Under the pieces are notes generated by a model. That model had not been told where the DNA came from. It made no database searches and saw only the letters and a list, made by a program, of their open reading frames with translations. From Chiloscyllium plagiosum (Eukaryota), in the NCBI RefSeq assembly GCF_004010195.1, contig NC_057742.1, positions 6,642,943 through 6,706,942 on the forward strand: a stretch of 64,000 nt of DNA, in the 5' to 3' direction. Below, piece after piece: positions 12,901 through 34,031 of the stretch. The position numbers and the translations under genes are program-made. Each line of letters begins with the position of its first letter. Within the stretch, counting starts at the first letter, position 1.

Positions 12901-15900
12901 ATGGGATTAGTTAAAACTTCTCTCTTTTTCTCTTCTTCACGTTTTCTGAAAGAGTCAGTTTATAAAGAAATCAATACAAGTAGTTTCTGTTAATTAAGTC
13001 AAAATAAACTGATTAAAGCGATTAATCTGGAAGTTACAGGATTCCTCAGTTTTTACCTCTACTCCCCAGTCCATCTCTAACTCCACACATTCTAATGAAA
13101 GAACAGGATATCCTCTTCCGCGCATAAGAGGTCTACAAATGTATGCTGTAGATGACATGACATCTGCAGATGTTCCCTTCCCTTCTATGAAGGAAGTCTT
13201 CATTAGGTGAGACCAAGAATCCAAAACAGGCATGAAATGCGTCCTGCTCATATCTTGCAGCGTGCTAAAAGCTAATAGCTTTTCTACCACCATTTCTCTC
13301 AATACTCTCCAAAAGACAAACTTCAATTCATGTGCAGCTCACCTACTGAAATAGCCAGGAACAGTACTAAGGAGTTTACTTCATTGTCAATTTCAAGCAT
13401 TTCATTTTTGTTTTCAACTACACACCTACCTTTGGAATCTTCTCCAGTCTAAATGCCGAGCAACATCTCTGACATCCTCAAATTCTGGATTCCTGTGTAT
13501 CCGTAATAAGAACTGATCCATTGTTAGTGACTGTGCCTTTCTGCTGCCCAGACAATAGACAATAGGTGCAGGATTAGGCCATTCTGACCTTTGAGCCTGC
13601 ACCACCATTCATTATGATCATGGCTGATCATCCTCAATCAGTATCCTGTTCCTGCCTTATCTCTATAACCCTTGATTCCACTATCCTTGAGAGCTCTATC
13701 CAACTTTTTCTTAAACGAGTCCAGAGACTGGGCCTCCACTGCCTTCTGGGGCAGAGCATTCCACACACCCACCACTCTCTGGGTGAAGTAGTTTCTCCTC
13801 ATCTCTGTCCTAAATGGCCTACCCCTTATTGGAGACCAGAACTGCACACAATATTCCAGGTGCAGTCTCCCAAGGGCCCTGTACAGCTGCAGAAAAACCT
13901 CTTTGCTTCTACACTCAATCCCTCTTGTTATGAAGGCCAGCATGCTATTAGCTTTCTTCATACCTGCTGTACCTGCATGCTTGCCTTCATTGACTGGTGT
14001 ACAAGAACACCCAGATCTCTTTGTACTGCCCCTTTATCTAACTTGACTCCATTCAGGTAGAAATCTGCCTTCCTCTTCTTGCCACCCAAAGCTCTAGAAT
14101 TCCATCCCCAATTTCTCTCCTCTTCAAAGATGCTTCTTAAACTCTTTCTGTTTGATTACACTTTTGGTCACCTGCCTCTGCATCTCTATGTAGTTTGATG
14201 TCAAATTTTGTTTGCAAGGCTCCCGCTCAGTGCATTTGGATATTTTGTACGTTAAAGCACGTTTTAAATGCAAGTTGTTGTTATGAAGTCCATTCCAACT
14301 GATCCCCAGTACCATACATAGGGACTTGTCAAGAGAGAAAATCTCTTTGCATCACAGTGAACTTCAGGATTTAATTTTCTAACCTCACCCCACAAAAACA
14401 GAAGTTGACATTATCCACTGCAGTTCTGCAACGGTCAGCTGAGATTAGATAATACAGCACAGAATGAACATGTCCAGTAAGTTTGGGCCAGGACCATCTC
14501 AATCTGTATATTTCAATTCCACCACTTGACATCTTAGGTTTTATCGCTGAGTTGACATGTGTTGAGTATTGAACTACTTCTCCTACCTGATCATAAAGAG
14601 TGGATCTTCCCGTATTTTAGATGCCATATCCAATGCAGAGTTAGACCCCGTTGCTGAAAAGATGGAGCCAGGCAGCAGCCCAGTGTCAGAAGAAGGTCCA
14701 GACTCTTCATCGACCATCTTGTCTGTAGCATATTTGTCAATGGGTCTACCCAGCAAGTATTCCTCCTTGTTCACCATACTGCCAGGCCCTTGATACATCC
14801 AATCAAGCCTGTCTGACTTTTTCCTGCAGATAACAAAAGTCAACATCATGTCAATTTTGCAACACAAAGAAAATTGAAAAGACAGCCGTATGTTTCCTGG
14901 GGGCTTTTGAAGCTTTCTTTATGTCAAGGGACTGTTCCACCGTACCATGCAGGAAACACAAATAAATTCAATCTTGAAATTAACGAAAATGGTAAGATCA
15001 CAGAATTTGTAAAGGAGGTTATTATGCTTTCATGGGACATAGACATCACTTACAAGCCCGGCACCTGTAGCCCATCCCTAAATGCCCTTAAACTGAGTGT
15101 TTTGCTGAGCCATTTCAGGGGGTAATTAAGAGCCAACCATATTGATGTTGATCAAAAGCCACATCAGGATGATAAATTTCCTTCCGTAAAAGGACATCTG
15201 TGAACCAGATAGGTTTTACAATAACTGATGATAGTTTCATGGTCATTTCTGAGACTAGCTTTATACTACAAATTTATTAATTTGAATTTAAAATACACCA
15301 GCTGCTATGGTGGAATGTGAATCCATTTCCCTAGACCATTAATAACAAAAACATAAATTACTGGAAAAGCTTAGCAGTTCTGGCAGCATCTTTGGAGAGA
15401 AATCAGAGTTAACATTTCAGATCAAGCAATTCTAAGGAAGGATCACTCAACCCAAAATGTTGTCTGATTTTTCTCCATAGATGCTGCCAGATCTACTGAG
15501 CTTTTCTGGCAATTTTTGTTTTCTTTTCTGAATTACAGCATTTGCAGTTCTTTTGGCTTCCTTAGACCATGATTCTGGGCCTCTGAAATATTAGTCCAAT
15601 GACATGATCGTGAGATCACCATCTTCACTTTTCCCCCCATTCCGCTCATCATGCCTGTAAGAAAGAGCTGTCCAATTAATCACCCCCTCCTCAGTTCTTT
15701 CGCCTCATCCTACGATTCCTTTTGGAATGTAATTTAAAAATCTGTACTCTGGATACCAATCATTCTGATAGTGGAAAGAGCTTAGCCTTACTTAATCTAT
15801 CAAAACATTTCATGATATTTGATATCTAGATCAAATCTCCTCTTAACATTCTCTGCTCAAAAGGAGAATCCCTTACCTTTTCAATTGCATTTGGTCCAAT

Positions 15901-17316
15901 TATAACGAATCTAATTTGCAACCTCACCTCCTAATATTCTCCTAAAGACTTTCGAGCATAGCAAACAATACTCCAGATTAATGGGACCCTTCAGATGCCT
16001 AAGCAGTGATTTATCTTTTTTGGACTTAACTGCAGATCACAGGATCATAGAGATGTACAGCATGGAAACAGACCCTTCGGTCCAATTCGTCCATGCTGAC
16101 TAGATATCCAAACCCAACCTAGTGCCACCTGCCAGCACCCGGCCCATATCCCTCCAAACCCGTCCTATTCTAATACCCATCCAAATGTCTTTTAAATGTT
16201 GCAATCGTACTAGCCTCCATCAGTTCCTCTGGCAGCTCATTCCATACACGTACCATCCTCTGCATGAAAAAGTTGCCCCTCTCACCCTAAATCTATGCCA
16301 TCTAGTTCTGGACTCCACCACCCCAGAGAAGAAACTTTGTCTATTTATCCTATCCTTGCCCCTCATGATTTTGTGAACCTCTATCAGGTCACCCCTTAGC
16401 CTCCGGCGCTCCAGGGAAAACAGCACAGCCTGTTCAGTCTCTCTCTATAGCTCAAATCCTCCAACCATGGCAACATCCTTGTAAATCTTTTCTGAACCTT
16501 TTCAATTTTACAACATCTTTCCAATAAGGAGACGACCAGAATTGGTCTCAATTAGTTTCAAAATGTCAACATGTTTTTAACAGAGAAATACAATTCTATC
16601 TGACCATTAGATTGACAATCAGAAGTCATGGATTTAAAGGTATTAACAACAAGCACTAGAGGGGATCCAAGGTGAATATCTTTCACTTAGGATCTGGAAC
16701 CCTTTGCATGAATAGGTCATGAAAGATAATTCCGTAAATAGTTTTAAAAGGGAATTGGATGAGAGATGAGGCTAACAAATATATAGAGTACAGAGAAAAA
16801 GGTGAGACCAAGCAATGTTACTGTCAAATGTCCAGTGCATGTACAACAGGCAGAATGACATCTTGTGCTGTAAGAGTTTATGATTCAACAGGTGTTACAG
16901 TTGCAAGGTAGATAATTATTTTAAGATACTATGTTTTATGCAAATTTGAAAGACAGACTTGCATTTATAAAGTGCATTTCATTGATCTTCTTTGCAATCT
17001 AAAGGAATCCAAAGGAATCCCAAGGGATCCCAAGGGATCCCAAGGGATCCTCTGCATCCATCCAGAGAGGCAGATGGGGCTTGAGTTTAACATCTTGCCC
17101 AATATTGCTCTTTTGTTTTGAACTCCTCCTGTTTCCTATTTTGCAGACCTCTCAAACCTCAAACACGTCATCAACTTACTTAAGAGCACCGCTATCCTCC
17201 GCATAGCGCTGCATCTCCTCTCGAGCTCGCTCCTCGCGAAGCTCCCTCTGGAGCTCCTCGATCTTTTTCTTTTCTGCTTCATGTTTCTGTTCTGCTTTCC
17301 ATACACGTTCAACATT
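3779..17316 (-). CDS. CWC25: Pre-mRNA splicing factor CWC25 (partial; visible exons 17180..17316, 14587..14823, 12876..12945, 10943..11046, 10307..10376, 8072..8286, 3779..3940)
   Basis: In-frame GT-AG exon chain: VWKAEQKHEAEKKKIEELQRELREERAREEMQRYAED...LDWMYQGPG...EYLLGRPIDKY...DMASKIREDPLF...EEEKKREVL.NP.KMK...PGYGL...KLSAEELERRRQEMM...DGKFL, matching vertebrate CWC25; 5' end in an N gap, last exon not found in the window. Confidence 0.95.
6658..6893. mobile_element. Penelope-like mini insertion (inverted GIY-YIG fragment plus 3' terminal repeat) with 14-bp TSD
   Basis: Minus-strand AQHFNSPSHS...RRSEEERLIFRLG peptide; direct repeat TTACTAGTGATCAA at 6644-6657 and 6894-6907. Confidence 0.8.
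8072..8286 (-). CDS. CWC25: CWC25 exon 7 (RS-rich)
   Basis: gcag|GTGAAA...TCACG|gtgagt; VKDSPSII...RPRSRSGSHPR...RRSRSTSQSPPKRSKMHS; phase fits both flanking exons. Confidence 0.88.
8440..8665 (-). mobile_element. CR1 LINE 3' fragment
   Basis: Reverse complement of the CR1 3' region. Confidence 0.75.
8890..9580 (+). mobile_element. CR1 LINE 3' fragment (RT C-terminus)
   Basis: LFVIYINDLD..KFADDTKIGG, LFSLE..RLRGDL; (CTATGACT)n tail. Confidence 0.92.
10307..10376 (-). CDS. CWC25: CWC25 exon 6
   Basis: ttgcag|A AAGCAT...TTAAAG|gtttgt; KHEKCINSSSTSVPKKLPGYGLK. Confidence 0.88.
10943..11046 (-). CDS. CWC25: CWC25 exon 5 (Lys-rich)
   Basis: aaag|CTACAA...CACAAAAA|gtaagg; LQKNLDKTDKKKKDKKKKHKKHRRSSSSDNEHHK. 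Confidence 0.88.
12876..12945 (-). CDS. CWC25: CWC25 exon 4
   Basis: ttcag|A AAACGT...GAGATA|gtaagt; KREEEKKREVLTNPMKMKMIREI. Confidence 0.92.
13550..14085 (-). mobile_element. CR1 LINE fragment, second subfamily
   Basis: [22 protein letters not shown]; (CTATTGT)n tail. Confidence 0.85.
14587..14823 (-). CDS. CWC25: CWC25 exon 3
   Basis: cag|G AAAAAG...ATCAG|gtagga; KKSDRLDWMYQGPGSMVNKEEYLLGRPIDKY...DMASKIREDPLFMI. Confidence 0.95.
15342..15558. mobile_element. Penelope-derived fold-back mini element nested in a SINE
   Basis: Inverted arms CTGGCAGCATCT / AGATGCTGCCAG; flanking TAGACCAT direct repeat. Confidence 0.65.
16044..16545 (-). mobile_element. CR1 LINE 3' fragment
   Basis: LFSLERRRLRGDLIEV on the minus strand plus 3' UTR. 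Confidence 0.9.
17001..17050. repeat. 10-bp tandem repeat x5 (AAAGGAATCC x2, CAAGGGATCC x3)
   Basis: Directly visible. Confidence 0.9.
17180..17316 (-). CDS. CWC25: CWC25 exon 2 (5' part in gap)
   Basis: NVERVWKAEQKHEAEKKKIEELQRELREERAREEMQRYAEDSGAL(K); donor AA|gtaagt. Confidence 0.93.
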
Positions 17317-17816
17317 NNNNNNNNNNNNNNNNNNNNNNNNNNNNNNNNNNNNNNNNNNNNNNNNNNNNNNNNNNNNNNNNNNNNNNNNNNNNNNNNNNNN
17401 NNNNNNNNNNNNNNNNNNNNNNNNNNNNNNNNNNNNNNNNNNNNNNNNNNNNNNNNNNNNNNNNNNNNNNNNNNNNNNNNNNNNNNNNNNNNNNNNNNNN
17501 NNNNNNNNNNNNNNNNNNNNNNNNNNNNNNNNNNNNNNNNNNNNNNNNNNNNNNNNNNNNNNNNNNNNNNNNNNNNNNNNNNNNNNNNNNNNNNNNNNNN
17601 NNNNNNNNNNNNNNNNNNNNNNNNNNNNNNNNNNNNNNNNNNNNNNNNNNNNNNNNNNNNNNNNNNNNNNNNNNNNNNNNNNNNNNNNNNNNNNNNNNNN
17701 NNNNNNNNNNNNNNNNNNNNNNNNNNNNNNNNNNNNNNNNNNNNNNNNNNNNNNNNNNNNNNNNNNNNNNNNNNNNNNNNNNNNNNNNNNNNNNNNNNNN
17801 NNNNNNNNNNNNNNNN
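17317..17816. other. Assembly gap (others at 9065-9090, 37434-37797, 45231-46176, 57486-57797, 61179-61599)
   Basis: Runs of N. Confidence 0.99.
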
Positions 17817-17877
17817 CTCCTCCGTCAGTCAATAAGAACATTGTTGATCTGACGTGATCTTCACTTTCTTTCCTATC

Positions 17878-18330
17878 ATCATAGTCACAGAGATGGACAG
17901 CATGGAAACGCTTCTGTTCAACTCGTTCTGCCGACCAGATATCCTAACCTAATCTAGTGCCATTTGCCAACACTTGGCTCATTTCCGTCTAAACCCTTCT
18001 TATTAATACACCCATCCAGATGCCTTTTAAATGTTGTAATTGTACCAGCCTCCACCACTTCCTCTGGCAGCTCATTCCATACATGTACCACCTCTGAGTG
18101 AAAAAGTTGCCCCTGAGGACCCTTTTAAATCTTTCCCCTTTCACCCTAAACCAAGCCCTCTAGTTCTGGACTCTCCCATCCCCAGGGAATGGACTTTGTC
18201 TATTTACCCTATCCATGCCCCTCATAATTTTATAAACCTCTATAAGGTCACTCCCCCCCAGCCTCCAATGCTTCAGGGAAAACAGCCCTAGCCTACTCAG
18301 CCTCTCCCTATAGCTCAAATCCTCCAAAGC
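17878..18330 (-). mobile_element. CR1 LINE 3' fragment
   Basis: LEDLSYRERL.RLGLFSL on the minus strand. Confidence 0.88.
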
Positions 18331-18600
18331 TCCAATTCTCATCTTATGTTTCCCTTAACATCTGGCTCATTGTCGCTCAGATTATGCAGTTGCTGTTTTG
18401 TTTTTGTTTTGTTTAAGTTAACTCTGATTTATTCCTGTTGCCTTCTTTCAGTTTTTCTTCTATACATCCCATTATTTTCCTTTGTCTCTTGGTTACTCTT
18501 GTGCTCAGTTAAAACTCACTGCGCCAAATTTTTCTTTTTTCTGTCTCAAATGATTGGACAGCAGTGGATTCCCCTAGTGATGAATCCAAATGACCACTAT

Positions 18601-19186
18601 TAGAGTCATAGAGATGTACAGCATGGAAACAGACCCTTCGGTCCAACCCATCCATGCCAACCAGATATCCCAACCCAATCTAGTCCCACTTGCCAGCACC
18701 CAGCCCATATCCCTCCAAACCCTTCCTATCCATATACCCATTCAAATGCCTCTTAAATGTTACAATTCTATCAGCCTCCACCACTTCCTCTGGCAGCTCA
18801 TTCCATACGCGCACCATCCCGTGTGTGAAAAAAATTGCCCCTTAGGTCTCTTTGATATCTTTCCCCTCTCACCCTAAACCTATGCCCTCTAGTTCTGCAC
18901 CCCCCAATCCCAGGGAAAAGACCTTGTCTATTTATCCTATCCATGCCCCTCATAATTTTGTAAACCTCTATAAGGCCACCTCTCAGCCTCCGACGTGCCA
19001 GGGAAAACAGCCCCAGCCTATTCAGCCTCTCCCTATAGCTCAAATCCTCCAACCCTGGCAACATCCTTGTAAATCATTTTCAAACCCTTTCAAGTTTCAC
19101 AACATCTTTCCGATAGGAAGGAGACCAGAATTGCACGCAATATTCCAACAGTGGCCTAACCAATGTCCTGTACAGCCGCAACATGA
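18601..19186 (-). mobile_element. CR1 LINE 3' fragment inserted into the left copy of an inverted duplication
   Basis: MLPGLEDLSYRERLNRLGLFSL; absent from the paralogous copy at about 29135-29145. Confidence 0.92.
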
Positions 19187-19620
19187 AATGAGCCAGAGTA
19201 TCTGTAACTAAAAAAAATGGATTTTTGCAACAAACCATTGGTTACCTAGTTGCCATTATTGATCCTAGGTTTTTGTTCCAGAATTATTTAATTAACTTAA
19301 TTTAGACTTCAAATTGTATTGATAGTTAAATAATATAATACCTTGCTATGTTTTTAGTCTATTGGACAATTAACCTAACTTCTGCATTATTAGAATATCA
19401 TAACTGCTATGGTCCTCACAAAAGTCCACCCATATACATTTTTAGCAGGAGTTGTTGGATAGATTCCTGGCTAGTTTTTTTGCCCTTCTTCATTCATGAT
19501 GCTGAAGCCTAGCATAGCACTCCTTGACACCAACACAGGCAAACCAGGAAGAAATCTGTAAATAGCCTGGTCCGTGTCACTCAGGTGTTCAATTCATAAA
19601 GTTTTTGAAACATTGAACAA

Positions 19621-20252
19621 GTCATAGAGTCATAAAGATGTTCAGCATGGAAATAGACCATTCAGTCCAACTCGTCCATGCCGACCAGATATCCTAACTT
19701 AAACTAGTCCCACTTGACGCACTTGGCCCACATTCCACTAAACCTTTCCTATTCATACACCCGCCCAGATGGCTTTTAAATGTGATAATTGTACCAGCCT
19801 CCACCACTTCCTCTGCCAACACATTCCATATACGCACCACCCTCTGTGTGAAAAGGTTGCCCCTTAGGTCCCTTTTAAATCTTTCCCATCTCACCCTAAA
19901 CCTATGCCCTCTAGTTCTGGATTCCCCGAACTCAGGGAAAAGAACTTGTCTTTTTACCCTATCCATGCACTTATGATTTTATAAGCATCTATAAGGTCAT
20001 CCCTCAGCCTCCAATGCTCTAGTGAAAACAACCCCAGCCTATTCAGCCTCTCCATGTAGCTCAAACCCTCCAACCCGGCAACATCCTTGTAAATCTTTAC
20101 TGAACCCTTTCAAGTTTCACAACATCCTTCTGATAGGAGGGAGACCAGGACTGCACACAATATTCCAAAAGTCACCTAACCAATGCCCCATACAGCTGCA
20201 ACATGACCTCCCAACTCCTATACTCAATGCTCTGACCAATAAAGGAAAGCAT
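19621..20252 (-). mobile_element. CR1 LINE 3' fragment
   Basis: RTRGHRFRVR..FTQRVVRIWN; tail at 19621. Confidence 0.9.
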
Positions 20253-20926
20253 ACATTCATAACCTATGTCCTCCTTACTCATAAAAACAGCCACCTACAT
20301 CAGCCTCAACTTTTATTCAACGGTGCAACTTCCACTGCTCATTACAATCCAGCCACTTTGTACTGATTGCTGTACCATCTCAGTATAATATTCGATTGCT
20401 ACTCTGGTTGTGATGGATTCAGGACATACTTCCTTTTCCAGCCCTTGGTTGTGCTGGATGTTGGACGTGCCTTTGGTCATAGAACTCAAGAAGAGCAGCT
20501 GTAGGACTTGAACCCACAAAATATCCAAGCCAGAAGTACACAGAGTTCAATGTGACCATTGCTGATGTAAATAATAAATCCACCTGCCTTAACTCTATAT
20601 CATTTTACACCCATGTCCAGCAAAGATGAATGATGATGACAAACAGTGAGGTAGGGAAATCACCTCTTCTGACAGATATCATCTTCAAATAGACAAATAT
20701 ATTGATCTCAAATTGGAAAATAATAAGCTTACATCAAATTACGATGCAATAAAAAGTTTAACTTTTCCAATTTCTCTTATTTCCTCCATTCCAGGAAGCA
20801 CTAAAAGATCATGTTTAGGCAGTTCCACAGGTGTCACCAAACTTCAAGTAGCTCAGCCAAGTGGCTGATCATATGAGAGACAAGTCAGTATGAGTAGCAA
20901 GTTGACTATGTCATTGATAACATTGA

Positions 20927-21167
20927 AACAAACAAAAGCAGAAATTGCTGAAAGAACTCCCCAGGTCTGGCAGCATCAGTGGAAAGAAAACAGAGTGAAT
21001 GTTTTGAGTCCTGTTTCCCTTCTTCAGAACAGTTCATACCAGTGAACTGGACTGGAAATGTTAACGCTGCTTTCTCACCATAAATGCTGCCAGACCTGCC
21101 TGCCAACTCTCCAGCAATTTCTGTTTTGGTTTGTTATAGATCTCCAGCATTCGCAGGTCTTTGTTAT
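20927..21167. mobile_element. Penelope-derived fold-back mini element with TSD
   Basis: Arms CAGAAATTGCTG..CAGGTCTGGCAGCAT / ATGCTGCCAGACCTG..CAGCAATTTCTG; flanks ATTGATAACATTGA / ATTGACAACATTGA. Confidence 0.75.
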
Positions 21168-21409
21168 ATTGACAACATTGATCCTGCTTTACATAGGATT
21201 GACAGATCAGAATGAGATCATTGGCCTAATTGGTTAGTATTTATCCAAATGGTGAATTTTTTTCTTCATGTCAGTGCTGTTAAAATAACCTGAAGATAAG
21301 TAGAACTGTTCAAAGCAAGAGTTTCCCTGGGAAGAAGTGAAATATCAAACACAGGATAAATGGCTCACATAAAATACACAGTTGCAAAATCCTGCCCTTA
21401 CACACATGC

Positions 21410-21415
21410 TTTATT
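21410..21415 (-). terminator. Candidate SPMAP1 polyadenylation signal
   Basis: First AATAAA I could find after the stop codon, about 300 nt downstream. Confidence 0.4.
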
Positions 21416-21711
21416 TTAGGATCTAAGAAGTTCTGTATATTTGATCACATACAATATTTTGTTTACACTGACAGATTTTGCTTGATAATGACAGAGAGAT
21501 CACATTCAATTTGTTTGCTGAAAAGAGGTGACTTGCTGGAAATGGCAACTAAATTAAAAACATAGCGAATGATGTATTGATGTTTCATTCCACCAAAATG
21601 TCGAAAATCATCTGTGGTCCTTGGAAAAATTACACACTGCAGCTGATGTTGAAGTTAATGAGTTAAAATGTTGCAATCTTTTTCTTTTCAATGTTGTAAT
21701 TTATACATGTG

Positions 21712-31127
<9,416 letters not shown>

Positions 31128-31609
31128 GGTTACAGCACGGTTCACGTATAACCTCAATCCTGTACGCCAGGTACAACTTTCCCAGTCCTAGTTGTTAATG
31201 TCAATGAATGTCACAGGGCTTACTGTTACGTTTCACTAAATATGAAACTTACTGTACCTTGCAAAAACATATTTTTCACGCCTCAATACGGTGTTCCTGT
31301 CTGATTGGCACCAATGAACATTTCTTAATATCAGCATTAGTTTGCATCGTTTGAAATGTCTTCTCCAATTTCCTTTTCCAATCAACATAGATACACATTT
31401 GAGTCTGCAGACAATGATTGGTAACTCAGATTATATATACAATTCAGCAAACATTTATAACCACCTCAGAGCATAGATTTTTCAGAAAGGTTTTTTTTAA
31501 ATTAAATCTCATCACAGCGGCCAGCCCGTGGTTATATTACATTGTTCATCGGCAATGGTATTGTTCAAAACAAGCTCCCCTTGGAACATCATTCACATCA
31601 GCCAGGAGG

Positions 31610-32172
31610 CTGTCTGTACAGGATGTTGGTTAGGGCACTTTTGGAATATTGCATGTAACCCTGGCCCTCTTCCTACCGAAAGGGTTCAGAAAAGATTTAC
31701 AAGAATATTACCAGGGTTGGAGGATTTGAGCTATAGGGAAAGGCTGAATAGGCTGGGGCTGTTTTCCCTGGAGCATGGAGGGCTGGAGGATGACCTAATA
31801 AAACATTTGTAAAATCATGAGTACCATTGATAGGATAAATGGACAAGACTTTTTCCTTGGGGGAGGAAAAAAAAGAGTCCAGAACTAGAGGGCATAGGTT
31901 TAGGGTGAGAGGGGCAAGATATAAAAGGGACCTAAGTGGCAATTTTTTCCAGAGGGGTGTGTGCGCATACAATGAGCTGCCAGAGGAAGTGGTGGAGGCT
32001 GGTACAATTACAGCATTTAAAAGGCATGTGAATGGGTACATGAATAGGAAGGGTCAAGAGGGATATGGGCCAATTGCTGACAAATTGGACTACATTAGGT
32101 TAGGATATTTGGTCGGCGTGGATGAGCTGGACCGAAGGGTCTGTTTCTGTTCTGTATATCTCTTGGACTCTG
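31610..32172 (+). mobile_element. CR1 LINE 3' fragment
   Basis: ERVQKRFTRILPGLEDLSYRERLNRLGLFSLE. Confidence 0.88.
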
Positions 32173-32439
32173 CTTTACTGTCAAAGCAGGCTCGAGGGAC
32201 TGAATGGCCTATTCCTGATTCATATGCTTGTTGGTAAAACCTGGCCTTACTGGTTACACCCACATCCCATAAATAAGCAAGGATTATAAAACAGGGGGAC
32301 ATCATTAATTGTGGTGAAAACACCTTATTGGCAATCAACAGTATAGGACCTCATCACCTTTCTCCACAAAACCTGTACACCATCTCCAAGTCAGGAGTGA
32401 GATGAACAGGTGGGTACAACTTCAACAAAACTTTAGCAG

Positions 32440-32706
32440 GTGGACGGTGGCTCAGTGGTTAGCACTGCTGCCTCCTAGCACCAGGGTCCCAGGTTCAATT
32501 CTAGCCTAGAGTTTGCACATTCTGTGTTTGCGTGGGTTTCCTGCCACATTACAAAGATGTGCGGATCAGGTGAATTGGCTATGCTAAATTACCCATAGTG
32601 TTAGCTCCATCATTTGGAGGGAGATGGGTTACCCTTCGGAGGGTCGGTGTGGACTGGTTGGGCCAAAAGGCCTGTTTCCACACCATAGGGAATCAAATCG
32701 AATCTA
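32440..32706 (+). mobile_element. HE1-like tRNA-derived SINE
   Basis: A box TGGCTCAGTGG, B box GGTTCAATTC, CR1-like 3' tail GGGCC.AAGGCCTGTTTCCAC; related copies at about 36725-36900 -, 41960-42215 +, 60131-60350 -, 62049-62283 +. Confidence 0.75.
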
Positions 32707-32734
32707 AACACTCAGGAACATCAATACCATTCTG

Positions 32735-33600
32735 GGTAAGGTTAAAAATCACACAACACCAGGTTATAGTCCAACAGGTTTAATTGGAAGCACTAGCTTT
32801 CAGAGCATCGCTCCTTCAGCAGGTGGTAATGGAGTGCTGAATTTAGAGCAAAAATTTACAGTATGATGTAACTGAAATTATACATTGAAAAATTGTCTGT
32901 TAAGCCTTTCATCTGTTAGTTTCACTTTCATGTGTAAATCACAAAACTTTTAAAACATTGCATTCTCGGGTTAGCTGTTAACAATGGTGATAGCTGGACA
33001 ATATATTGAAGGTGTTGGTCCCGTCTTCTCTGTCTATGCTATGACGTTTAGATGGATTCTAATCTTAAAAAGTGAGATAACGGGGAGTTTTACATGAATG
33101 CATGCAGTTTTTGAGCAAAGTACAATGTAATCCTGCAAGTACAAATTCATCCTGCAAAATATGTGTGCATGTGGGTCTTTGTCTGTGTGTGTCTGGGTTG
33201 GGGGTTGTGAGAGAGAGAGAGTGTGTGTGTGTTTTTTGTTGCAATGGTGGTTACCTGTAATGTGACATGAACCCAAGGTCCCAGTTGAGACCCTCCCTAT
33301 GGGTACCAAACTTAGCTATCAGCCTCTGCGCGAAGATTTGTAGCTTGGGTGCTCGTTGTTGTGGTTCTGTTCGCCGAGCTGGAAGTTTTTGTTGCAAACG
33401 TTTCGTCCCCTGGCTAGGCGACATCATCAGTGCTTGGGAGCCTCCTGCAAAGCGCTTCTTTGATGTTTCCTCCGGTGTTTTCTCTGCTGCCTGTCCCGAA
33501 GTCCACCTTGGAGGATGGTCACCCGCAGGTCTGAGGCTGCATGTCCTGGACCACTGAAGTGTTCCCCAACTGGGAGGGAACACTCCTGTGTCTGAGACCC
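32735..33600 (-). mobile_element. Penelope-like element 3' region, with a second Penelope-family terminal repeat nested at about 33330-33485
   Basis: QRLIAKFGTHREGLNWDLGFMSHY C-terminus; terminal repeat shared with 43010 and 54677. Confidence 0.8.
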
Positions 33601-34031
33601 AATTAATTACCTTCTTTCCATAAAACTAGCATTGCAAGCTTCTCTTCAAGTATTTACCCAACATTTCTTCGCCCACTACATTGCAGTTAAGGCCAAACTA
33701 CTTTTATTCACCACATTGCTTTTGTACTCTTTGTCCCCATTTGTCTTTATACATCAATCTTGCCATTTAATATTAAAATATCCTGTTTCCCACTTTCATA
33801 ATGTCCAACAGACTTGCTCAGATGTGATGTCTAGATTCTTCAAAAATAAGTTATGAAGCAATTACACTGCCAAATGAATTAGTGTAACTAGAAATAAAAT
33901 GTTAGATAAGCATTATCTATACTTCATCTCAGGCTCAATGCTTCATTTAATAAGATGAAGTAACATCTATGCAAGTCAAAGCATGGCCTTTAACTGAAGG
34001 AGCAAGATTTAAATACTCAACTTTGTACATT

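Larger units (their letters stand above)
18339..20252. repeat. Left copy of an inverted segmental duplication (partner 28093-29399)
   Basis: Non-coding sequence matches the reverse complement of the partner, e.g. TCATCTTATGTTTCCC/GGGAAACATAAGATGA and GATCCTAGGTTTTTGTTCCAGAATTATTTAATTAACTTAATTTAGA. Confidence 0.9.

Noticed and set aside
12994-13326. 110-aa minus-strand ORF in a CWC25 intron
   Set aside because: Non-ATG start, no recognisable domain, and not needed for the CWC25 frame; probably decayed repeat
17001-17050. CRISPR-like array
   Set aside because: No spacers; simple minisatellite in a eukaryotic intron
17817-17841. MFLLTDGG as the CWC25 N-terminus
   Set aside because: Joined to exon 2 only through Ns; does not match the conserved MGGGDL start
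32440-32510. tRNA-like A and B boxes
   Set aside because: Head of an HE1-like SINE; no cloverleaf, and it continues into the SINE body
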